A DNA stretch of 64,000 bases, taken from Antedon mediterranea (lineage: Eukaryota; Animalia; Echinodermata). The notes beneath the pieces were generated by a model that searched no databases, was not told the origin of the DNA, and worked only from the letters and a program-made list of their open reading frames with translations. This document shows positions 42,644 through 55,600 of this stretch, piece after piece. The position numbers and the translations under genes were made by a program. Numbering within the stretch: the first letter of the stretch is position 1; every line of letters begins with the position of its first letter. The stretch is taken from the NCBI RefSeq assembly GCF_964355755.1, contig NC_092671.1, forward strand, positions 25,928,070 to 25,992,069, in the 5' to 3' direction.

Positions 42644-43217
42644 AATAATAATAATAAATGAAGACTTATATAGCGCCGGTATCCTCCACCCATGTGGCGC
42701 TCATGGCGCTTTGTGCATTAACAACGTGCGAGAACATCAGCGAATAGCGACGTCTTTAGGTTGGTCTTGAAACTGTTTTGACTAGTTGAGCATTTAACTG
42801 TTGCTGGTAAGCTGTTCCATACACTTGCGGCCGCAACGTAAAAAGATCTCTGACCCCACTGATTTTTCGCTCTACGCTCTTGAAGAAGGTCTTGTGACAA
42901 TGATCGTAGGCCTCTGCGGGATGATTCGTAACGATCCACAAGGTCAGATAAATAAGCAGGAGCACTGTCATTTAGGATCTTGAATACAAACAACGCAAGT
43001 TTGTACTTAATACGTTGTTGAACAGGCAACCAATGCAAATCCATCAGGACAGGAGTTATGTGAGCGTTTGATTTTGTATAAGTTACAATTCTAGCTGCCA
43101 TATTTTGCAAGCGCTGCAAACGTTGTATTTGAGATTTTGGTATGCCAAACAACAAGGCATTACCAATGTCAATTTTAGAAGTGACAAATGAGTGTACAAT
43201 CAATTCAGCTGTTTTCT
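42644..43217 (-). mobile_element. 5'-truncated L2/CR1-type LINE, duplicated copy
   Basis: Same sequence, site and TSD. Confidence 0.93.
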
Positions 43218-44305
43218 TGTAATGGTGATCTAATAACAGGCGTAACAACACATAATACATATTGTAGTTTAATACTGGTTTAAATATTTTTGTTTTATAT
43301 AAACTGTATTCTAAAAAATGACAATTTAGAACTTAATTTTGCAATAGTACCTAATTTGGCGCCTTAAACGCCAAATTAAGTGCGGTACCTCATTTGGCAG
43401 TGGTACCTCATTTGGCGTGACACTCCTACTGTTCTGTATCCCGTTTGTCTTAATTTCCAAGTAAAAATGAGGTACCACCACGTAACTCCTTATGATTAGG
43501 CCTATTATCATAGAAGAGTACTATACGGACGTCGTACCTGGAAATCACGAGAATTCAGTGTTTGTTGACCAATCATTTTTTAAAGAGCCGTATCTGACCA
43601 TTGCATTGCCCAGTCTGTAAAATTACAGCAGGCCTACTTTATATTATTGTGTTTTCCCTGTTTATCGATACCATGAAGGAAAACGTTTTTGTTCAATCAG
43701 AAAACTTTGCGAGATTTTTTTTAATGGATATTATAATTTATAGTTAGTCACCTGATTTTTGTGGCAAATCATTAATAGTTTTGACATTGTTAGGGTTAGG
43801 GACTATAAGACAGATTTTGGTTGCATGATTGTGGAAAACCATCAATGTGGGTTTTTCTTCATACAAGCTACAGCCAAAATATAATAGGGGTATATATTTT
43901 TTCAAAGTCATCGTCAAACGCTGAGAGTCAATACAGTATTTCAAACGCATTCTTTCACCTCTAATTGCTCACATTTAATTAATAATAATACTGAAATAAA
44001 TTCAAGAAAACATTAACTTATTGTGTTTTGTTTTATTTATTGATCGTTGTTTATCGTTTGTAAACCACAGAAAACCACAACTATAAAGAATAAAACATAA
44101 ATTCACAAAATGCAACAAATTAATACAGTATTTGCGAGTGCAATCATGAAACATTAATATTATAAGTACTTTATCGAAACATATAAAAATAATTGTGCAG
44201 ATAATAGCACGTTGATATAAAATTCGTTCTATTTACAAGGAATTCATTTAATATTTAAATTTATTTCAAACGAGTTTTATCCGGAAGATTCGGTAATTGA
44301 GTTGT

Positions 44306-45181
<876 letters not shown>

Positions 45182-45331
45182 CTAAAGCCTTGTTGGAATT
45201 TAAGGTACAGGTGAATCATTGAATTATCATATAATTTGCGGACCATGACCGAAGCACTTCCGCTTTGATCTATTCGACGAAAATAAAAAAAAGGATAACT
45301 ATTTTCTGCTTTATACTTAATTTAATGTAAT

Positions 45332-45647
45332 AATAATAATAATAAATGAAGACTTATATAGCGCCGGTATCCTCCACCCATGTGGCGCTCAGTGCATTAA
45401 CAACGTGCGAGAACATCAGCGAATAGCGACGTCTTTAGGTTGGTCTTGAAACTGTTTTGACTAGTTGAGCATTTAACTGTTGCTGGTAAGCTGTTCCATA
45501 CACTTGCGGCCGCAACGTAAAAAGATCTCTGACCCCACTGATTTTTCGCTCTACGCTCTTGAAGAAGGTTTTGTGACAATGATCGTAGGCCTCTGCGGGA
45601 TGATTCGTAACGATCCACAAGGTCAGATAAATAAGCAGGAGCACTGT
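45332..45647 (-). mobile_element. L2/CR1-type LINE copy shortened by a secondary deletion with filler DNA
   Basis: Same tail and insertion site. Sequence stops at gcactgt, followed by filler aaggtgtgtaaggtc; the second TSD copy is mostly lost. Confidence 0.9.
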
Positions 45648-47934
45648 AAGGTGTGTAAGGTCATGGTGATCTAATAACAGGCGTAACAACACATAATACA
45701 TATTGTAGTTTAATACTGGTTTAAATATTTTTGTTTTATATAAACTGTATTCTAAAAAATAGTTCTTTTCTAATGAAGAATCTGGGAAGTTTACAATCAA
45801 GCAACAACACCACATTCTACGTGAATTCTGCTGTACGTGAACTAGCCTTAATACCGCCTGATTACGGTATATAGGCCTATCAGTATTAGCTTCAGAATAA
45901 ATGACGACGCATTTGTTGTACCTTGATAGACAGAGCCCCAAGCAGACAGCCCACATTACAGATAATCTGTTCTGCAGCACAATACAACTGTACACGCGGT
46001 GATTCAACTAAAAGCAGTAAAAAGATTTTGGCACACAAGGCGTATCATATAATTTGCGGACCATGACCGAAGCACTTCCGCTTCGATCTATTCGACGAAA
46101 ATCAAAAAAGGATAACTATTTTCTGCTTTATACTTAATTTAATGTAATGGTGATCTAATAACAGGCGTAACAACACATAATACATATTGTAGTTTAATAC
46201 TGGCTTAAATATTTTTGTTTTATATAAACTGTATTCTAAAAAATGACAATTTAGAACTTAATTTTGCAATAGTACCTAATTTGGCGCCTTAAACGCCAAA
46301 TTAAGTGCGGTACCTCATTTGGCAGTGGTACCTCATTTGGCGTGACACTCCTACTGTTCTGTATCCCGTTTGTCTTAATTTCCAAGTAAAAATGAGGTAC
46401 CACCACGTAACTCCTTATGATTAGGCCTATTATCATAGAAGAGTACTATACGGACGTCGTACCTGGAAATCACGAGAATTCAGTGTTTGTTGACCAATCA
46501 TTTTTTAAAGAGCCGTATCTGACCATTGCATTGCCCAGTCTGTAAAATTACAGCAGGCCTACTTTATATTATTGTGTTTTCCCTGTTTATCGATACCATG
46601 AAGGAAAACGTTTTTGTTCAATCAGAAAACTTTGCGAGATTTTTTTTAATGGATATTATAATTTATAGTTAGTCACCTGATTTTTGTGGCAAATCATTAA
46701 TAGTTTTGACATTGTTAGGGTTAGGGACTATAAGACAGATTTTGGTTGCATGATTGTGGAAAACCATCAATGTGGGTTTTTCTTCATACAAGCTACAGCC
46801 AAAATATAATAGGGGTATATATTTTTTCAAAGTCATCGTCAAACGCTGAGAGTCAATACAGTATTTCAAACGCATTCTTTCACCTCTAATTGCTCACATT
46901 TAATTAATAATAATACTGAAATAAATTCAAGAAAACATTAACTTATTGTGTTTTGTTTTATTTATTGATCGTTGTTTATCGTTTGTAAACCACAGAAAAC
47001 CACAACTATAAAGAATAAAACATAAATTCACAAAATGCAACAAATTAATACAGTATTTGCGAGTGCAATCATGAAACATTAATATTATAAGTACTTTATC
47101 GAAACATATAAAAATAATTGTGCAGATAATAGCACGTTGATATAAAATTCGTTCTATTTACAAGGAATTCATTTAATATTTAAATTTATTTCAAACGAAA
47201 TGAAGAATCTGGGAAGTTTACAATCAAGCAACAACACCACATTCTACGTGAATTCTGCTGTACGTGAACTAGCCTTAATACCGCCTGATTACGGTATATA
47301 GGCCTACAGTATTAGCTTCAGAATAAATGACGACGCATTTGTTGTACCTTGATAGACAGAGCCCCAAGCAGACAGCCCACATTACAGATAATCTGCTCTG
47401 CAGCACAATACAACTGTACACGCGGTGATTCAACTAAAAGCAGTAAAAAAGATTTTGGCACACAAAGCGTATCATATAATTTGCGGACCATGACCGAAGC
47501 ACTTCCGCTTCGATCTATTCGACGAAAATCAAAAAAGGATAACTATTTTCTGCTTTATACTTAATTTAATGTAATGGTGATCTAATAACAGGCGTAACAA
47601 CACATAATACATATTGTAGTTTAATACTGGCTTAAATATTTTTGTTTTATATAAACTGTATTCTAAAAAATGACAATTTAGAACTTAATTTTGCAATAGT
47701 ACCTAATTTGGCGCCTTAAACGCCAAATTAAGTGCGGTACCTCATTTGGCAGTGGTACCTCATTTGGCGTGACACCCCTACTGTTCTGTATCCCGTTTGT
47801 CTTAATTTCCAAGTAAAAATGAGGTACCACCACGTAACTCCTTATTATTAGGCCTATTATCATAGAAGAGTACTATACGGACGTCGTACCTGGAAATCAC
47901 GGGAATTCAGTGTTTGTTGACCAATCATTTTTTA

Positions 47935-48247
47935 TAATAATAATAATAATACCACATTTATATAGCGCCCTTTTCATGAGTAATCATGCTCAAAGGCGCT
48001 TTACAAGCATTATTACCCCAGTATTTTTTTGGATCAAACACGTATGGAAACATACTCCCATAATGCAGCCGGTAACCTGCGCAGTTGTGTCTAGATATAA
48101 CTGGGTACCCATTTATACACCTGGGTGGAGAGAGGCAACGTAAGTAAAGTATCTTGCCTACGGATACAAGCAATGCGGCAAGAGTTGGATTCGAACCTAG
48201 GTCTGACGATCGGTAGTCCAACGTCCAACACACTGCGCCACACGCCC
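47935..48247 (-). mobile_element. tRNA-derived SINE with L2-like 3' tail
   Basis: Minus strand begins GGGCGTGTGGCGCAGTGTG (A box) and contains GGTTCGAATCC (B box). Central CCACCCAGGTGTATAAATGGGTACC. Tail aagcgcc...ggcgctatataaat...(TAT)n. TSD ttta; absent from other units. Confidence 0.92.
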
Positions 48248-49678
48248 TTTAAAGAGCCGTATCTGACCATTGCATTGCCCAGTCTGTAAAATTACAACAG
48301 GCCTACTTTATATTATTGTGTGTTTCCCTGTTTATCGATACCATGAAGGAAAACGTTTTTGTTCAATCAGAAAACTTTGCGAGATTTTTTTTAATGGATA
48401 TTATAATTTATAGTTAGTCACCTGATTTTTGTGGCAAATCATTAATAGTTTTGACATTGTTAGGGTTAGGGACTATAAGACAGATTTTGGTTGCATGATT
48501 GTGGAAAACCATCAATGTGGGTTTTTCTTCATACAAGCTACAGCCAAAATAAAATAGGGGTATATTTTTTTTCAAAGTCATCGTCAAACGCTGAGAGTCA
48601 ATACAGTATTTCAAACGCATTCTTTCACCTCTAATTGCTCACATTTAATTAATAATATACTGAAATAAATTCGAGAAAACATTAACTTATTGTGTTTTGT
48701 TTTATTTATTGATCGTTGTTTATCGTTTGTAAACCACAGAAAACCACAACTATAAAGAATAAAACATAAATTCACAAAATGCAACAAATTAATACAGTTT
48801 TTGCGAGTGCAATCATGAAACATTAATATTATAAGTACTTTATCGAAACATATAAAAATAATTGTGCAGATAATAGCACGTTGATATAAAATTCTTTCTA
48901 TTTACAAGGAATTCATTTAATATTTAAATTTATTTCAAACGAAATGAAGAATCTGGGAAGTTTACAATCAAGCAACAACACCACATTCTACGTGAATTCT
49001 GCTGTACGTGAACTAGCCTTAATACCGCCTGATTACGGTATATAGGCCTACAGTATTAGCTTCAGAATAAATGACGACGCATTTGTTGTACCTTGATAGA
49101 CAGAGCCCCAAGCAGACAGCCCACATTACAGATAATCTGCTCTGCAGCACAATACAACTGTACACGCGGTGATTCAACTAAAAGCAGTAAAAAAGATTTT
49201 GGCACACAAGGCGTATCATATAATTTGCGGACCATGACCGAAGCACTTCCGCTTCGATCTATTCGACGAAAATCAAAAAAGGATAACTATTTTCTGCTTT
49301 ATACTTAATTTAATGTAATGGTGATCTAATAACAGGCGTAACAACACATAATACATATTGTAGTTTAATACTGGCTTAAATATTTTTGTTTTATATAAAC
49401 TGTATTCTAAAAAATGACAATTTAGAACTTAATTTTGCAATAGTACCTAATTTGGCGCCTTGAACGCCAAATTAAGTGCGGTACCTCATTTGGCAGTGGT
49501 ACCTCATTTGGCGTGACACCCCTACTGTTCTGTATCCCGTTTGTCTTAATTTCCAAGTAAAAATGAGGTACCACCACGTAACTCCTTATTATTAGGCCTA
49601 TTATCATAGAAGAGTACTATACGGACGTCGTACCTGGAAATCACGGGAATTCAGTGTTTGTTGACCAATCATTTTTTA

Positions 49679-49991
49679 TAATAATAATAATAATACCACA
49701 TTTATATAGCGCCCTTTTCATGAGTAATCATGCTCAAAGGCGCTTTACAAGCATTATTACCCCAGTATTTTTTGGGATCAAACACGTATGGAAACATACT
49801 CCCATAATGCAGCCGGTAACCAGCGCAGTTGTGTCTAGATCTAACTGGGTACCCATTTATACACCTGGGTGGAGAGAGGCAACGTAAGTAAAGTATCTTG
49901 CCTACGGATACAAGCAATGCGGCAAGAGTTGGATTCGAACCTAGGTCTGACGATCGGTAGTCCAACGTCCAACACACTGCGCCACACGCCC
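49679..49991 (-). mobile_element. tRNA-derived SINE, duplicated with its unit
   Basis: Same site and TSD, 1744 bp from the first copy; about 3 substitutions between copies by eye. Confidence 0.92.
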
Positions 49992-52326
49992 TTTAAAGAG
50001 CCGTATCTGACCATTGCATTGCCCAGTCTGTAAAATTACAACAGGCCTACTTTATATTATTGTGTTTTCCCTGTTTATCGATACCATGAAGGAAAACGTT
50101 TTTGTTCAATCAGAAAACTTTGCGAGATTTTTTTTAATGGATATTATAATTTATAGTTAGTCACCTGATTTTTGTGGCAAATCATTAATAGTTTTGACAT
50201 TGTTAGGGTTAGGTACTATAAGACAGATTTTGGTTGCATGATTGTGGAAAACCATCAATGTGGGTTTTTCTTCATACAAGCTACAGCCAAAATATAATAG
50301 GGGTATATATTTTTTCAAAGTCATCGTCAAACGCTGAGAGTCAATACAGTATTTCAAACGCATTCTTTCACCTCTAATTGCTCACATTTAATTAATAATA
50401 TACTGAAATAAATTCGAGAAAACATTAACTTATTGTGTTTTGTTTTATTTATTGATCGTTGTTTATCGTTTGTAAACCACAGAAAACCACAACTATAAAG
50501 AATAAAACATAAATTCACAAAATGCAACAAATTAATACAGTATTTGCGAGTGCAATCATGAAACATTAATATTATAAGTACTTTATCGAAACATATAAAA
50601 ATAATTGTGCAGATAATAGCACGTTGATATAAAATTCTTTCTATTTACAAGGAATTCATTTAATATTTAAATTTATTTCCAACGAAATGAAGAATCTGGG
50701 AAGTTTACAATCAAGCAACAACACCACATTCTACGTGAATTCTGCTGTACGTGAACTAGCCTTAATACCGCCTGATTACGGTATATAGGCCTACAGTATT
50801 AGCTTCAGAATAAATGACGACGCATTTGTTGTACCTTGATAGACAGAGCCCCAAGCAGACAGCCCTCATTACAGATAATATGCTCTGCAGCACAATACAA
50901 CTGTACACGCGGTGATTCAACTAAAAGCAGTAAAAAGATTTTGGCACACAAGGCGTATCATATAATTTGCGGACCATGACCGAAGCACTTCCGCTTCGAT
51001 CTATCCGACGAAAATCAAAAAAGGATAACTATTTTCTGCTTTATACTTAATTTAATGTAATGGTGATCTAATAACAGGCGTAACAACACATAATACATAT
51101 TGTAGTTTAATACTGGCTTAAATATTTTTGTTTTATATAAACTGTATTCTAAAAAATGACAATTTAGAACTTAATTTTGCAATAGTACCTAATTTGGCGC
51201 CTTAAACGCCAAATTAAGTGCGGTACCTCATTTGGCAGTGGTACCTCATTTGGCGTGACACCCCTACTGTTCTGTATCCCGTTTGTCTTAATTTCCAAGT
51301 AAAAATGAGGTACCACCACGTAACTCCTTATGATTAGGCTTATTATCATAGAAGAGTACTATACGGACGTCGTACCTGGAAATCACGGGAATTCAGTGTT
51401 TGTTGACCAATCATTTTTTAAAGAGCCGTATCTGACCATTGCATTGCCCAGTCTGTAAAATTACAGCAGGCCTACTTTATATTATTGTGTTTTCCCTGTT
51501 TATCGATACCATGAAGGAAAACGTTTTTGTTCAATCAGAAAACTTTGCGAGATTTTTTTTAATAGATATTATAATTTATAGTTAGTCACCTGATTTTTGT
51601 GGCAAATCATTAATAGTTTTGACATTGTTTAGGGTTAGGGACTATAAGACAGATTTTGGTTGCATGATTGTGGAAAACCATCAATGTGGGTTTTTCTTCA
51701 TACAAGCTACAGCCAAAATATAATAGGGGTATATATTTTTTCAAAGTCATCGTCAAACGCTGAGAGTCAATACAGTATTTCAAACGCATTCTTTCACCTC
51801 TAATTGCTCACATTTAATTAATAATATACTGAAATAAATTCGAGAAAACATTAACTTATTGTGTTTTGTTTTATTTATTGATCGTTGTTTATCGTTTGTA
51901 AACCACAGAAAACCACACCTATAAAGAATAGAACATAAATTCACAAAATGCAACAAATTAATACAGTATTTGCGAGTGCAATTATAAAACATTAATATTA
52001 TAAGTACTTTATCGAAACATATACAAATAATTGTGCAGATAATAGCACGTTGATATAAAATTCTTTCTATTTACAAGGAATTCATTTAATATTTAAATTT
52101 CTTTCAAACGAAATGAAGAATCTGGGAAGTTTACAATCAAGCAACAACACCACATTCTACGTGAATTCTGCTGTACGTGAACTAGCCTTAATACCGCCTG
52201 ATTACGGTATATAGGCCTACAGTATTAGCTTCAGAATAAATGACGACGCATTTGTTGTACCTTGATAGACAGAGCCCCAAGCAGACAGCCCACATTACAG
52301 ATAATCTGCTCTGCAGCACAATACAA

Positions 52327-52488
52327 CGCCAGTGCGCCCTCATGGGCTGGAGTTGTTCGTGCGTTGTTGCTTTGATTTCCATGTTGTTGTATTGAGTTAT
52401 TGACTGTTATTAAAATACATTATTCGCATTACATCGGTCTATGTGTGATCTGTAGAGTTGTGGCATATAAACATCAACCTTATTGGCG
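52327..52488 (+). repeat. 5' LTR
   Basis: Direct repeat of 57669-57830. Confidence 0.93.
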
Positions 52489-52498
52489 TGGTGGCAGC
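52489..52498 (+). promoter_or_regulatory. Primer binding site TGGTGGCAGC (likely tRNA-Leu)
   Basis: Abuts the 5' LTR. Complementary to the 3' end ...GCUGCCACCA typical of eukaryotic tRNA-Leu(AAG/UAG). Confidence 0.7.
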
Positions 52499-52642
52499 CC
52501 AAGATATTCGGACCTTCCGCTTAAAACCAGTGAGTTATTAGTTGTTGAACTTAGGCCTAGCCTAGGCCCATCCATACCATTATTTACGAGATCGCACTAA
52601 CGCACAGAGGCGTACGACCAGCCAGCACATATAGCTGGTAGG

Positions 52643-55600
52643 ATGGCGAACGTTAACAGAGCTCCTAAACAGTGGAGCTTAACCAAAACTGAAACAATAA
52701 ACTCATTTGAGTCATGGCGGCAGAACATTATTTATACACTTTCGTTGGATGAAAATTTTGCTCCATTCTTGATGGAAGGCACACAATGGGGCCCCAAAAC
52801 CAGAGCATCTCCACTCCGCCTATTTGAGGACGATGATGACACTGTCCCTAGAGCACGTCGACGTACTGCTCAGCAAAAGGTACACATGCTCGAGCTCATG
52901 CTAGGCCAGATCGCAAACTTCTGTCCTATTATTTCTCGAAGCACAATTGTTAAAAGCTCCACGTCCATCTCGCAAATCTGGCAGGCCATCCGACTTCACT
53001 ATGGTTTCCAAACGACCGGAGGTCACTTCTTAGACTTTGCCACTATTCACCTCGAGGCTGGTGAACGTCCAGAAGATTTGTATCAACGACTATTGGCATT
53101 TGCTGACGATAATTTGCTACGCACTGGAGGCGGAATTAATCATCACGGCGTCGCGATCACAGAGGATGAAGAAATGACACCTACTGTGGAGAACTTTATT
53201 GTGTTAACCTGGTTATCCCTTATCCATAAAGACCTCCCGCGTCTAGTCAAGCAACGATATGGAACTGATCTGCGAGATCGTACCCTGGCGACAATAAAGC
53301 CCGAAATTTCGCAAGCGATGGATTCTCTTCTCGATGAATTGCGTGCTACAGAAGACACACGCGCAATGCGTACTTTCGCAACACCTCCCACGGTCAACTA
53401 TCAACGCGCTTCTCGCACGTCTCGTAATACTACTAGTCATATTCGTCGACAGCTAAAGTCTTGTCCTCTTTGCAAACAGGCTGGTCGAAAGCATGACACC
53501 CACTTTCTCAGTGGATGCATTCACTTACCTGAACAGGACCGGAAGTACATGGTCAGGGCTAGACAGGTCATCGGAATCATTGAAGGTATCGAGGAGACTG
53601 ACGTTAGCGATGACGCCAGTTTAGCAGATAACCAGACAGAACAGGCTGCACTACGTGTGCAGATCAGACAGTCGCCCTATCTCGACGTTTTCCACAATCA
53701 CCACACGGCACGTATTACTATCGACAGTGGTGCCACCGGCAATATGATCTCCCTTGCCGCAGCGACAGCCCTATCGGCCGAAATTAGAGAATCATCTCAA
53801 TCAGCCCACCAAGCAGATGGCTCATCTCCATTAAAGGTTGTCGGCGAGACAACAATTACATTTTCCCGCGACCATATTGAACTTCTTTTTGACGGCCTCG
53901 TAGTCGAACGACTCGATGTGGATATTCTGGCAGGCACACCCTTTATGGAAAACAATGACATCGCCATTCGTCCAGCGAAACGTCAAGTAGTCATAGGGAA
54001 CACTTCTTCTTATACGTACGGTTCTAAGGACACTACTAAGACCCCTGCCATTCGTCGCGCTCAAGTATTACGCGCTCCTAGCAGCTTAACTACTCTGTGG
54101 CCCGGTGACTTCATAGAGTTACAAATCCAAGAAGGTGTTTCGACTCATGATAATGAGCTCGCCCTTGAACCTCGCAGCTATACTCATCGACCTCCTACCT
54201 GGCCAGAGTATGGTACTATTCACAGCATTGACGGAAAAATTCGCATTGAAAATAACACATCATTACCTCAGGTTCTTAAACGAAACGAACACTTCTGTCA
54301 GATACGCCCTGTCTTTGTCCCGGACGATTGTAATACCAATGACCACACTTGTAAACCTCCTGTGAAAACCTGTTCATCACCACGCCCCACACAATCGACA
54401 CTACATTCATTGCAAATTCACCTTGACCCTGATCGTATCATTCCCCCTACAATCCGACAAAGATTTAAATCTCTTAACGAAGAGTTCGATGTTGTTTTTG
54501 ATCCGCATATCAAATGCTATAATGGCGCAGCCGGTCCCTTCCAAGCCGTCGTTAATATGGGCCCTGTACAGCCACCACAGCGAAAAGGCAGACTTCCACA
54601 GTATTCGCGAGACAAACTTGTTGAGCTTCAAGAGAAGTTCGACGACTTAGAGAAGATGGGTGTTTTTGTGCGACCTGAAGATGCGGGTATTCATGTAGAA
54701 TATTTAAACCCATCATTCTTAGTAAAGAAAGACAGCGGAGGATTCCGCCTTGTAACCGCCTTTGCGGATGTCGGTCGATACGCGAAACCTCAGCCTTCAC
54801 TAATGCCTGACGTAAACTCTGTACTTCGTCATATCGCTAGGTGGAAGTACATTATCTCTACAGACCTCACTAAGGCATTTTATCAGATACCGCTTTCACG
54901 CGAATCGATGAAGTACTGCGGAGTGGCCACGCCCTTCAGAGGAATCCGTGTATACGCCAGGTCTGCTATGGGAATGCCGGGATCTGAAACAGCGCTGGAG
55001 GAACTAACCCGCCGCGTCTTAGGAGAGCTTCTCTCTGAAGGCGTCATTGCCAAGATTGCAGACGATCTCTACTGCGGAGGAGACACCCTAGATGAGTTAC
55101 TTTGCAACTGGCGCCGACTGCTGTCCGAACTTTATAGATGCGGCCTCAGTCTCTCAGCAAGTAAGACATTTATCTGCCCAAAAACTACCACTATACTCGG
55201 GTGGACATGGTCCCTTGGCACGTTAAGAGCCAATCCACATCGTATTTCGACGCTCGCTACGTGTTCTCCCCCTAAGACTGTAAAGGGCCTCCGATCGTTC
55301 ATTGGGGCGTATAAAGTGCTCGCACGGGTTATCCCCAACTGCGCTTCCATCCTCACACCTTTAGACGATGCTGTGGCTGGCCGACAGTCCCAAGACAAAA
55401 TCACGTGGTGTGATGCCCTTTGTGAAGATTTTCAGTCTGCTCAAAAGTTGCTCACAACCAGCCAAACAATCACGTTACCCCATCCAGATGACCAGCTTTG
55501 GATAGTCACTGATGGTTCAGTAAAAAGACACGGAATTGGGGCAACACTATACATTAGACGAGACGATAGTCTGCGGATCTCCGGATTCTTTAGTGCCAAA

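Noticed and set aside
48170-48247. tRNA gene
   Set aside because: The A and B boxes belong to the SINE head; no complete cloverleaf is evident, and it is followed by SINE body and tail.
52458-52471. 14-nt identity ttgtggcatataaa between the LTR and the KLF 5' CDS
   Set aside because: Too short and isolated, with no flanking similarity; treated as coincidence.
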